Of a DNA stretch of 64,000 nucleotides, positions 36,912 to 46,121 are shown one piece after another. The notes beneath the pieces were generated by a model that did not search any database, was not told where the DNA came from, and worked only from the letters and a program-made list of their open reading frames with translations. Origin of the DNA: Promethearchaeota archaeon (GTDB lineage Archaea > Asgardarchaeota > Hermodarchaeia > Hermodarchaeales > Hermodarchaeaceae). Every line of letters begins with the position of its first letter. The stretch's first letter is position 1. The DNA lies in assembly GCA_048939245.1 (NCBI GenBank), contig JBHLPR010000001.1, positions 18,622-82,621 on the forward strand, in the 5' to 3' direction. Made by a program: the position numbers and the translations under genes.

Positions 36912-37271
36912 ATGAAAACCGATGAAGTCATGAATGTCCTCCGGCGCGTTCTCGATCCTGAACACCCAGTCAGTGTCGTTGAAATGGGTCTTGTCAAAGA
37001 AGACGATGTTATAATCAAAGGCGACGAAATTCAAGTCCATTTCGCTCCAACCGTTCCCCAATGTCCCATGGGCGCGGTGATCGGTATTGTTATTCGGAAG
37101 GCATTAGAGGATAAGTTTCCCAATAACAAAGTATCAGTGCAAGTGAAACCTGGCACACACATGCGCGAAGAAGCATGTAACACCATGATTAACAATGATG
37201 AACAGTACCAAAACGCGATTGAAAAATTAAATGCATCAGGAGCACTTGATCGTCTCATTGTCAACGAATAA
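36912..37271 (+). CDS. DUF59/MIP18-family Fe-S cluster assembly protein (SufT/PaaD-like)
   Basis: 'VLDPEHPVSVVEMGLV' and 'TVPQCPMG'. Confidence 0.75.
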   Translation: MKTDEVMNVLRRVLDPEHPVSVVEMGLVKEDDVIIKGDEIQVHFAPTVPQCPMGAVIGIVIRKALEDKFPNNKVSVQVKPGTHMREEACNTMINNDEQYQNAIEKLNASGALDRLIVNE

Positions 37272-37419
37272 TTTTAATCTACATTCTCATGCTCCAATCA
37301 TCCTAGAACTCATATAATGACCTTGCTTTTTTCGCAACCCCCGGCTTGTTTACCCTTAGTTCGATAAAGTTTTAAGAATTAGCAAAACCCCGAACTAGTT
37401 GCTGGGGAGCCAATGAAAA

Positions 37420-38094
37420 ATGCGACCAATTAAATTGAATAAGGAACCCGAATCAGTTACGGTTCCCAAGAACATGCTAGAGGAGTTTATTAGAGCAGAG
37501 GATTTTGTCACTAAATATTTTGATACAACCCGCCATCTTACTAAAGAAGGCAAATACCTCATAGGTAACCAACGCTACATCGCTTTACCCGCAGAATTTA
37601 TCACTAAATTACGGGAACGAATCGCTATATCAGGAAGTGGTGAACTAGCCGACCTTATTATCTATGAAGTTGCGAAATCCTTTGGGCAACTAGATGCCCG
37701 AGATTACCAACAACGGATGAATGTTCAAGACCCCATGGGCATGCTTTCAGCAGGCCCAATCCAATTCAGTTTTCGTGGATTTGCTCATGTCAATATATTC
37801 CCGATAAGCCACCCAACTCCTGATGAGAACTACTTGCTTGTCTATGATCATTTGAATTCCTTCGAGGTTGAAGCCGCTGTCAAACAACACGAGTACACCC
37901 AATCACCACGCTGCTATTTCAATGCCGGATACTCTGCGGGATGGTGTGAGGAAAGTTTCGGCATTCCTTTACAAGCTCGTGAAATCACCTGTCGCGCCAT
38001 GGGTGATTCCGCCTGTCGTTTCGTTATGGCACATAAAAGCCGCATTCTGCAACATATCACCAGCGAAGAAGTTGAGAAATACAAATCCCTTTAG
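37420..38094 (+). CDS. V4R-domain protein (TRAPP Bet3-like fold family)
   Basis: C-terminal 'CYFNAGYSAGWCEESFGIPLQAREITCRAMGDSACRFVM' matches the V4R Cys/Gly pattern. Confidence 0.65.
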   Translation: MRPIKLNKEPESVTVPKNMLEEFIRAEDFVTKYFDTTRHLTKEGKYLIGNQRYIALPAEFITKLRERIAISGSGELADLIIYEVAKSFGQLDARDYQQRMNVQDPMGMLSAGPIQFSFRGFAHVNIFPISHPTPDENYLLVYDHLNSFEVEAAVKQHEYTQSPRCYFNAGYSAGWCEESFGIPLQAREITCRAMGDSACRFVMAHKSRILQHITSEEVEKYKSL

Positions 38095-38180
38095 TATGTT
38101 TTTACAGAGATGACTTGGAACTTTGCTGGAAACGTAAGTCTTTTTCATCGTTTACCATTGTTGTTGGTTGAGCTGATGTA

Positions 38181-39869
38181 ATGGGATACTCCCCTCGAAC
38201 AACAGCACTTGTCCTGATTAGTTGTTTCTTATTGATACAACTACCTCCATTTCCAAGCACTTCTCTACCTCCCTCAATTTCACCCTTAACCAATCGATTG
38301 TTCGAAGTACTCTCCACCACACAGACACCAACCCAAACACCTCTTAAAAACCCAGGGAACATTTCTTGGATCTGGGATCAATATGCCAGCGCGCCTGGGC
38401 CGCTTCCAGGTGATGATGTTGTCCGCTGGGGATCAACAATGGGGCCCTATCACAATTATTCTGAGGTGCTAACCCACATCAACGACCGCGTTGCTGATTT
38501 TTCCGACTATCTTGTTGTATTCAACATTGGGGCTAGTTATAATGGGCTCTCAATTCCCTGCATTCAAATAACTGCTCCTGGCGACTCTTCCAGTCGAAAA
38601 GGCTTTCTTCTTGTTGCACATCACCATGGACGAGAAGCAATTACTGTTGAAAATGCCCTCTTTTTCCTAGACTATCTGTTGGCGAATTCCAACCAATCAG
38701 AAGTTCAGCAAATCCTAGACAACTTCATACTCTACCTTATTCCTACGCTCAATCCGGATGCATTAGGAATGCTCCACATCAATCCTTGGCAACGGAAGAA
38801 TCTCCACCCCATAGATGAAGATGGAGATGGACTCACGGATGAATGGGAAATTCAAGATATCAATGGGGACTATATTGTCGACTTCTATGAAGTGGAAGGT
38901 GAATGGTATTACACCTATGAGGGCCTGGATTTGGACGGGGATGGAGACACAGGTGAGGATATGCCAGGAGGAGTCGATTTGAACCGCAATTACCCTGTTG
39001 CCTTCGCAGCTGGGGTCAATGAACCACGGGCAGAAGTATATCATGGTGAAGCACCTTTCAGTGAACCGGAAACCCAAGCCATGCATAACTTCACTCTCCA
39101 TTATCATCAAAATCTAGCATTTGGGCTTTCTCTCCATAGTGGAATCGACGTGCTACTGACGCCTTGGGGTTATACAAACGAACCTAGTTACCACGAACCT
39201 TTCTTCGAAAGGCTTGGTGCCGCGGTGGAAACAGCTTCCGGTTTTGAATGGTGGACTGCTACGCAGTTGTACCCCTCTTATGGAACGTGGGACGATTGGC
39301 TTTATGGGGAATACGAAATCCCTGCAGTTACCTTGGAAGTGTACGGCAATGAATCCGCCTGGGGGCATAGTATTTGGGACTACTTCAATCCCAGTGCAGA
39401 CCAAGTCCTTGAAAACTGCTACAAAGTGCGAGACGCCATCTGCGCGATGTTTGAGGTCCTCATGGATGAACCAGGCGATCCAATCATCGTTGTCCCCAGA
39501 GTCGTTTCCAGTGTCATTTCTACACTCATTTCCGTTTATATTGATGAGAGCTTAAGCGGCTTTGAAACCCTCTTCATCGAATACCGGTTTGATCCTGCTA
39601 ACAACTATAATTGGGTTGGGCTAGCACTGACTCATCAAGGGGGAAATCGGTATGATGCGCTCCTTCCTGCTCCTGTAATGGGTGGGGTTATGGAGGTTCA
39701 CGTGTATGGTAAAGACTTTGCTGACCATGTTATCTATTCAGATTCTGTATTCTACTCGATATCTACATCACTTTTTGTTGGACTTGTTGCACTAGGCATT
39801 GCGATTATTGCTGTAATAATTCTCAGCATTGTCTTGGTGATTCGTAAGCGAGTCCGTAGAAGAACATGA
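38181..39869 (+). CDS. Secreted, membrane-anchored M14 zinc carboxypeptidase
   Basis: N-terminal signal-like helix, 'HHHGREAIT' (HxxE), 'DLNRNYP', 'LSLHSG'. Acidic insert 'EDGDGLTDEWE...DLDGDGDTGED'. C-terminal TM followed by 'RKRVRRRT'. Confidence 0.85.
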   Translation: MGYSPRTTALVLISCFLLIQLPPFPSTSLPPSISPLTNRLFEVLSTTQTPTQTPLKNPGNISWIWDQYASAPGPLPGDDVVRWGSTMGPYHNYSEVLTHINDRVADFSDYLVVFNIGASYNGLSIPCIQITAPGDSSSRKGFLLVAHHHGREAITVENALFFLDYLLANSNQSEVQQILDNFILYLIPTLNPDALGMLHINPWQRKNLHPIDEDGDGLTDEWEIQDINGDYIVDFYEVEGEWYYTYEGLDLDGDGDTGEDMPGGVDLNRNYPVAFAAGVNEPRAEVYHGEAPFSEPETQAMHNFTLHYHQNLAFGLSLHSGIDVLLTPWGYTNEPSYHEPFFERLGAAVETASGFEWWTATQLYPSYGTWDDWLYGEYEIPAVTLEVYGNESAWGHSIWDYFNPSADQVLENCYKVRDAICAMFEVLMDEPGDPIIVVPRVVSSVISTLISVYIDESLSGFETLFIEYRFDPANNYNWVGLALTHQGGNRYDALLPAPVMGGVMEVHVYGKDFADHVIYSDSVFYSISTSLFVGLVALGIAIIAVIILSIVLVIRKRVRRRT

Positions 39870-39928
39870 AATTTGGGGAAAGTAAGCCTTAAGGGGAACG
39901 TTGAACCAAGACGAGTACCCTTCACATT

Positions 39929-41407
39929 TTGAGAGGTTCGCTTATGACGAAAACGTCTGATCGACTCATTGCTGTAATTGACCTTGGAACCACAGGAAAC
40001 CGCTCAGTACTTTACAACCTCAAGGGGAGAGAAATCGCTAAATCCTATCGTGAATTTCCCACTATTACTGATGAACCCGAACAAGCAGAGCAAGATGCGA
40101 TGGATTGGTGGCGAACAACACAAGAAACAATGAGAGAAGTAACGAGTCAAAAAATGGTGGAACCAAAGGATATCGTTGCAGTTTCGGTTGTAACCCAGCG
40201 TGCAACCCTTGTTCCTCTAAGCAAGAATGGTGATCCTCTTGCTCATGCCATTACATGGATGGATATGCGGATTTCTCCTTCTGCTGAACAACATGAAGAC
40301 TTGGTGAAGCAACGGACGAGTTTACGACGTGCATTATGGTTTAAGGATATGCAACCACAGGTCTTCAAAAAAACTGCGAAATTCGCGACTCCTGATGCAT
40401 TCCTTTATCATCAGCTTACTGGAAATTTAGCATCTGATCTCACCAATCATCATTTTGGAATTCTCGATGAGGAAAAATTAGTACTTGATGAAGCACTTGG
40501 TGAAGAACTAGGTTTACCAATTTCCATGTGGCCAGACCTTGTTCGTTCAGGAAAAATAATTGGGAATGTGACAAAGGACACAGAAAAAGAAACGGGTCTT
40601 CCAAAAGGGATTCCAGTTGTTGTGGGGGGTGGTGATCAGCAATGTTCTGCTCTTGGGTTGGGTGTCTTAGAACAAGGAGTGGCTAAACTCACCTTAGGAA
40701 CTGGCACTTTTATCGTTACGCCAGTTGATAAGATTCTCAAAGATCCTTTAGGTGTTCTCTTTAATCATCCACACGTCCTTCCTAATCAACGTGTGCAGGA
40801 AGGCGTTCTTCCTGGAATGGGGACAATTCTTCGGTGGTTCCGCGATGAATTTGGACATGTTGAATGTGCTGTGGCTGAACGGCTTGGCACAGATCCTTAC
40901 GAGTATATCGTTGATGAAGCAGCTCAGGCGCCACCTGGCTGTGATGGGCTGGCTATGTTTCCTTTCTTTATTTGGGGTATGGGGGCTATCCAAAGTCTAG
41001 GTTTTCAACATACTCGTTCTCACATCGCAAGGGCAATTCTTGAGAGTGTGGCTTTTGCCTCCCGGTTTATAATTGACTCCATGTTCTCCGTGGGAATTAC
41101 TCTTAATGAGCTTCGCCTTGATGGTGGTGGGGCGCGCTCTTTGCTTTGGCGGCAGATTATGAGTGATGTTTCAGGGAAGTCTTGTATCTATACACAAGCA
41201 GATGAAGGAAGTGCACTGGGGGCTTCCATCTTGGCCACAGTGGGGCTCAAGCTTTTTCCCTCTGTTGAAAAGGCAGTTAAGGTTATGGTTCACAAACGTG
41301 AAGAATTAACCCCGAATCCTAAAAATGCTGAAGTGTATGAACATGGGTATTCCACGTTCCAACAAACCGTGATGAGCAATCTTCAGGAAATGGTAAAGCA
41401 CGTCTAA
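39929..41407 (+). CDS. FGGY-family carbohydrate kinase
   Basis: 'IAVIDLGTTGNRSVLY', 'VVVGGGDQQCSALG', 'LRLDGGGARS'. The start may be ATG 39944. Confidence 0.85.
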   Translation: MRGSLMTKTSDRLIAVIDLGTTGNRSVLYNLKGREIAKSYREFPTITDEPEQAEQDAMDWWRTTQETMREVTSQKMVEPKDIVAVSVVTQRATLVPLSKNGDPLAHAITWMDMRISPSAEQHEDLVKQRTSLRRALWFKDMQPQVFKKTAKFATPDAFLYHQLTGNLASDLTNHHFGILDEEKLVLDEALGEELGLPISMWPDLVRSGKIIGNVTKDTEKETGLPKGIPVVVGGGDQQCSALGLGVLEQGVAKLTLGTGTFIVTPVDKILKDPLGVLFNHPHVLPNQRVQEGVLPGMGTILRWFRDEFGHVECAVAERLGTDPYEYIVDEAAQAPPGCDGLAMFPFFIWGMGAIQSLGFQHTRSHIARAILESVAFASRFIIDSMFSVGITLNELRLDGGGARSLLWRQIMSDVSGKSCIYTQADEGSALGASILATVGLKLFPSVEKAVKVMVHKREELTPNPKNAEVYEHGYSTFQQTVMSNLQEMVKHV

Positions 41408-41414
41408 GTCAAAG

Positions 41415-41954
41415 GTGATGAAATTGGATATACTAGACGCTATTAATAATAGAAGGTCCATCCGCGCATTTACAAACCAAGAAGTCTCAAATGAACAAAT
41501 TATGGCTTTGCTTGAAGCGATGATAATGAGTCCAAGTGCGGGGAACCGGCAGCCATGGCGGATCTATGTTATTCGGGATGCCAAGGTAAAAGAACAACTA
41601 GCACTTGGTGCCAATAACCAGGCGTTCATCAAAAAAGCGCCTGTTGTTTTTGTTGTTTGTAGAGTGCCAGAGGAGTCAGGGGTACGATACAAGGATCGTG
41701 GACGCAATCTATACTCTATTCAGGATACAGCAGCCATGACGCAAACACTTCTCCTTGCCACTCAAGCGTTACAGCTGGGCGCATGTTGGGTTGGCGCTTT
41801 CAATGACAGTGCAATCGCCACTACATTAGATTGTACACCAGGTGTTTTACCGGTGGCAATTGTACCTGTCGGTTATCCAGCTGAATCTCCTTCATCTCGA
41901 AGCCGACGGGCGATTGATTCTATCGTCCACTTCATTCCGCCTATATTTGGTTAA
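41415..41954 (+). CDS. Nitroreductase-family protein
   Basis: 'RRSIRAF', 'SAGNRQPWRIYVI', 'GACWVGAF'. Confidence 0.85.
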   Translation: MMKLDILDAINNRRSIRAFTNQEVSNEQIMALLEAMIMSPSAGNRQPWRIYVIRDAKVKEQLALGANNQAFIKKAPVVFVVCRVPEESGVRYKDRGRNLYSIQDTAAMTQTLLLATQALQLGACWVGAFNDSAIATTLDCTPGVLPVAIVPVGYPAESPSSRSRRAIDSIVHFIPPIFG

Positions 41955-41956
41955 GG

Positions 41957-42634
41957 TTACATTTGCTTCTGCATGAGAAGCATTATACAGAGTGGATATA
42001 CCCAGATGATTGCTGTTATAGCAGAAATGATTTCAGGGATTGCAACCCCTGTAAACGGTAATAGGCTCAAGTAGTAGGCAATCCAGATTAAAGCGCTAAC
42101 GAGCGCTAAAATGAATGCAATTATACCAATTAGTCGAAGGTGTTTTTCTTGCATCAATCGAACCCCATAAATCATTCCTGCAAGCAAGAGTGTAACAAAA
42201 AAGCCCAGAGACACTACAAAATGGGTGAATCCAAATCCTTCATGAAAGATCCCAATGGCGATTAGAAAACACTGGGCAATTGTTAAGAGAATTCCTGCTA
42301 CGATACCAATTACCGATGCCTCAAAGAGTTGATGCCGAATCAACCAAAGAGTCAGAACGATGGTGAAAAGGCCTGCGAGAATAAGGCTGGTATTGAATAT
42401 GGGCGCTGCAGGGTTCAATCCCGGAACCCCGTTTGAACCCCCAATCATTGTAGGGTGTCCTAAATCACTGAGAGCGTTAGTTAACCAATTAAACCATGAT
42501 GAAATGGCTACTGCACCAATGATTCCAATTAACGCAATCAACGGTCCAAGGATACCGCATAGCCCTGCAAACCGGGATGAAATGATAAATTCCAGAACCG
42601 GGTGAAGCTCTTTTTGTTCCTCACTTTCTGCCAT
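41957..42634 (-). CDS. Membrane protein (DUF998-like)
   Basis: Six TM helices, with 'NALSDLGH' after TM1. Confidence 0.45.
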   Translation of the reverse strand: MAESEEQKELHPVLEFIISSRFAGLCGILGPLIALIGIIGAVAISSWFNWLTNALSDLGHPTMIGGSNGVPGLNPAAPIFNTSLILAGLFTIVLTLWLIRHQLFEASVIGIVAGILLTIAQCFLIAIGIFHEGFGFTHFVVSLGFFVTLLLAGMIYGVRLMQEKHLRLIGIIAFILALVSALIWIAYYLSLLPFTGVAIPEIISAITAIIWVYPLCIMLLMQKQM

Positions 42635-42736
42635 TACGAAAACCTTCTTGTGACGAAAATATATTCGATTAGACTTGAGGTTAGAGATAAGACTTTTGCC
42701 TTAAATTCTATCAACCATCAGACTTTTTATGAAGAT

Positions 42737-43369
42737 TTATTTTAAGGAAAAGGGACGAAGTTCAGTGGGTAATGGTTCTCCAATTGTCAAAAATTCTTGG
42801 GCTAATGCTTGCATGAAAGCGACAAGGAGCTGATGTCGAGGTTTGGCTAACTGTTTTCCCGTCTTTGTTAGCATTCTATCTTGAAGTTTCAATAGTTTTC
42901 GATCCATGTGCTCGATCATTCCATGAAGTCCCCGTTGCTGGATGAGGCTTTCTGCGATGGTCCGGGCGAGTCCCAGCGCCCCCATCGCGTCCAATTTATC
43001 GGCATCGCTGAGAATTTCGCCCTCTAACACTTCCGGGATTTTTTTTTCACTGAATCGGTGCGTTTGAATAGCACTAGCGATCTTGGGTAACTTCTCATTT
43101 GGAAATGAAGTTGTCGCCAGGAAAGCTACTGCCATATTTGCCCCGACTTTGGCATGGGACTCTCCTGTCACTTCTTCTTCGGGTCGACCAATATCATGTA
43201 GTAATGCTGCAGCTTCTAAGATTTCTAAATCCGCGCCTTCCTTTTCTCCAATCAATAAACATAATTGACGCACTCGCAACGTATGTTCATAAGAATGGGC
43301 TCCTCGTTTTCCCGTACGGAGAGCATTATATGCAAATTTTTCGATTGCTCCCACTAATCTACTGTCCAT
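42737..43369 (-). CDS. HD-domain phosphohydrolase
   Basis: 'HSYEHTLRV...AALLHDIGR' and 'SDADKLDAMGA'. Confidence 0.85.
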   Translation of the reverse strand: MDSRLVGAIEKFAYNALRTGKRGAHSYEHTLRVRQLCLLIGEKEGADLEILEAAALLHDIGRPEEEVTGESHAKVGANMAVAFLATTSFPNEKLPKIASAIQTHRFSEKKIPEVLEGEILSDADKLDAMGALGLARTIAESLIQQRGLHGMIEHMDRKLLKLQDRMLTKTGKQLAKPRHQLLVAFMQALAQEFLTIGEPLPTELRPFSLK

Positions 43370-43556
43370 TTTCCAATCACCAAGGAATCAGTCTATTTTC
43401 AATGTATCTTATCAGCGAATAAGCATGATAAAAAATTAGCTTAGTTGCCGGATTTAGAGACACTAAGGATTCACAAGTCCAATACGTTAAACCCGTAAAC
43501 TATAAGGGCGAAGTCTTAGCGACAATAGTTACAAACAATTATGGGTGTTGAACTAA

Positions 43557-44036
43557 ATGGCTTTGATAGGTTTTATTCTACTCTTAATCGGTGGTGGGTT
43601 ACTCCTCTACTCAGGCGCTTCGATTGCTCTTGATCCTTCTTATGGGGCATTATTGGCGAGTTTCATCAATACAGTTTTAGGACCACCGCTAGGAGATCAG
43701 ATTGTGCTTGCGCTCACCATCTTAACCAGTCTGGGTGGTATCCTTACCATTATTGGGGCAATTATCTGGTATGCAGCTGGTTCTGGAATCTTGGCGACCA
43801 TTGGCCGACTTATCGTTTCAGTAGCAACGTTTTCCGCCTTCTTCTATGTCGCGATGGAATTGTACAATGCCTTTGTTTTAGGTATCTTCAGTCAGCCAAT
43901 TGATGTTATCCTTGCTTACTTCATCAGTCTTGGACTCGGATTTGCAAGTACCGTGATGATTGTAATTGGAAACTTCATTGGGGCTGGCCGGAAGAAAAAG
44001 CCTCCAGAATCTTATGCGGACACTGAAAGTGCCTAG
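43557..44036 (+). CDS. Small integral membrane protein
   Basis: Four hydrophobic helices and a charged C-terminus. No motif recognised. Confidence 0.45.
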   Translation: MALIGFILLLIGGGLLLYSGASIALDPSYGALLASFINTVLGPPLGDQIVLALTILTSLGGILTIIGAIIWYAAGSGILATIGRLIVSVATFSAFFYVAMELYNAFVLGIFSQPIDVILAYFISLGLGFASTVMIVIGNFIGAGRKKKPPESYADTESA

Positions 44037-44051
44037 CCATCGAACCGGTCT

Positions 44052-45341
44052 TTAATTGGTTCTTGTCCGTTTAAGCGTCTCTGGTACAAGTACTAAAACT
44101 ACGCCTAAGGCGAAGATATTCGCTATCAAAGCAAATAACATATTACCTCGTAGCGTAAAGAACACAAATTGGAAGAGAGCCCCTCCAATAATTGGTCCGA
44201 ATGCTGTTCCAAAGGAATTCGCTGTAGTGATGGTCGACATAGCACGTGCCCTTCTTTCCACCTCACTGAGATCCGCAGCAGCCGCATAACTCGCAGTAGA
44301 AATGAATGGATAGATAGGAATGATCCATAGGAGCATAGCAACCCAGGGATTTACGACGAATAGATACCCTAACATGAATAGTACCCAGCCAGCAAATCCA
44401 GCCATCAGGACGGGTTTACGCCCAATACGATCACTGCTATGTCCTGCTGCTAAAGTCACTCCCAATCCGAATAAAGATGCAAAACCATTTGCCATTCCAA
44501 TCATCAATGGAGTGCCACCAATTTCTGATACAAGATAAACTCCGAAGAAATAGGAAAAGGCATTGACTCCAATACTACTAATTGTAACGGATGCAGCAAT
44601 GAATAAAAGACTTGTAAACTGGGGTTTCCACCAAGGCCTAGCGAAGGAAGTTGGGGCGGTTTGGCTCTCTGTAAGGGAATTTTGGTTTGATGCTTTGAAG
44701 ATTTCTCGAGGAATCACCAGAATGATAAGTGCACCCACAAGTGATGCGAAGCCACCAAGAAAGAAAAGACCGGTCATCCCAATTAATGAAAATAGAATTC
44801 CTCCCGCAAAGCCGCCTATTGACCAACCCACACTACTAGTGGCTATTAGAATTCCAACGGCGCCCCCTTTGAAGGTTCGAGCCTCGGTCAGGTAAGCGTT
44901 TGCCATTGGAACTGCTGCAATTGAGAAAAGATAAGCAGCACAGGTAATACCGAGGAAAATCAGACTATCCTGGATAACGATGTACAAGAAGAAACTGATT
45001 GCTTGAGCTAAAAATCCAACGATGATAAATGGCAGACGTCGATGCCATCGATCAGAGAGTGAACCCCACAAATATACGCCCACGAGCCCAATAAGCACAG
45101 GTAATCCGCCGATTAGGCCGATGAGGAGAAAGGCGGTCTCGCCAATTCCAGTAAATAGATAAAAGCTCCCAAATTGCCAGAAAATTGACTGGGCAAAATG
45201 AAATAGTGAGAAGCCAAGAAGAATTCCCCAAATGAAATGACGGGGGACAATGGGCTCCGGAATGGTCGCCCTCACTTCTTCGAATGCCACCATAGGCAGC
45301 CATTTTAGCCACTTCTTGAAAAAGCTATGCCTAAAGACCAA
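44052..45341 (-). CDS. MFS transporter
   Basis: About 12 TM helices. 'GSLSDRWHRRLP' and 'GHSSDRIGRKP' (MFS loop 2-3 and 8-9 motifs). Confidence 0.8.
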   Translation of the reverse strand: MVFRHSFFKKWLKWLPMVAFEEVRATIPEPIVPRHFIWGILLGFSLFHFAQSIFWQFGSFYLFTGIGETAFLLIGLIGGLPVLIGLVGVYLWGSLSDRWHRRLPFIIVGFLAQAISFFLYIVIQDSLIFLGITCAAYLFSIAAVPMANAYLTEARTFKGGAVGILIATSSVGWSIGGFAGGILFSLIGMTGLFFLGGFASLVGALIILVIPREIFKASNQNSLTESQTAPTSFARPWWKPQFTSLLFIAASVTISSIGVNAFSYFFGVYLVSEIGGTPLMIGMANGFASLFGLGVTLAAGHSSDRIGRKPVLMAGFAGWVLFMLGYLFVVNPWVAMLLWIIPIYPFISTASYAAAADLSEVERRARAMSTITTANSFGTAFGPIIGGALFQFVFFTLRGNMLFALIANIFALGVVLVLVPETLKRTRTN

Positions 45342-46121
45342 ATTTGTTGCTGGGTTCAGATTTCCAATGATTTTTTATTACCTTACAACTGCCAACATCT
45401 CGTGACGACTCCAAAACGAGAAAAGGAACAGGCAACAACTATCATTGTGTCTTTAGCTACTCCTAATCGGATTCGGACTTTTCGACAATATCTCCTTCAG
45501 TGGTACGAAGAAAATGGTCGAGACCTCCCCTGGCGACATACTCGTGATCCTTATCGGATTCTTGTATCGGAGATTATGCTTCATCAAACCCAAGTTGACC
45601 GGGTGATCCCCAAATACCACGAATTTCTTGGCAAGTATCCCACGTTTGAAGCACTTGCTGCAGCGCCTGTCGAGGAGGTGGAAGAGCTCTGGCGACCTCT
45701 TGGATACAATTTTCGGCCTGGTCGTCTTCACCAGATCGCTAAATATGTTGTCACAAACAATAATGGACAGCTGCCTGATACTCTCAAGGCTCTTATGACT
45801 CTACCTGGAATAGGGCGCTACACAGCAGGGGCGATTCTCAGCTTTGCATTTCATAAAGATGCCCCAATTCTTGACACCAACGCTCAACGTGTTTTCCAAC
45901 GCTACTTCGCAATTACCGGTGATCCCTTCCGTGTTCCTGCGAAAAAACAGCTTTGGTACTTAGCAGAAATTACTATTCCGCCGGGCAAAGCCTATCTGTT
46001 CAACCAAGCGCTCTTGGATTTTGGGGCACTTCACTGTAAGGCTCGGAAACCATTATGTCCGAGATGTTCTCTCAGTAATAGCTGCTCATACGGGCAAACC
46101 CACCAAAAAATCATTCATTAG
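45327..46121 (+). CDS. HhH-GPD base-excision DNA glycosylase with Fe-S cluster (MutY/Nth family, no C-terminal NUDIX-like domain)
   Basis: 'WYEENGRDLPWR', 'LPGIGRYTAGAILSFAF', 'CKARKPLCPRCSLSNSC'. The annotated start overlaps the divergent MFS gene, so the true start is probably downstream (e.g. GTG near 45447). Confidence 0.75.
   Translation: MPKDQICCWVQISNDFLLPYNCQHLVTTPKREKEQATTIIVSLATPNRIRTFRQYLLQWYEENGRDLPWRHTRDPYRILVSEIMLHQTQVDRVIPKYHEFLGKYPTFEALAAAPVEEVEELWRPLGYNFRPGRLHQIAKYVVTNNNGQLPDTLKALMTLPGIGRYTAGAILSFAFHKDAPILDTNAQRVFQRYFAITGDPFRVPAKKQLWYLAEITIPPGKAYLFNQALLDFGALHCKARKPLCPRCSLSNSCSYGQTHQKIIH

Noticed and set aside
45327-45341. A head-to-head 15-nt overlap between the MFS transporter start and the glycosylase ORF start.
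   Set aside because: This is most likely an artefact of taking the longest ORF. The first ~40 codons of the glycosylase ORF ('MPKDQICCWVQISNDFLL...') lack homology-like features, and a downstream GTG/TTG start removes the overlap.
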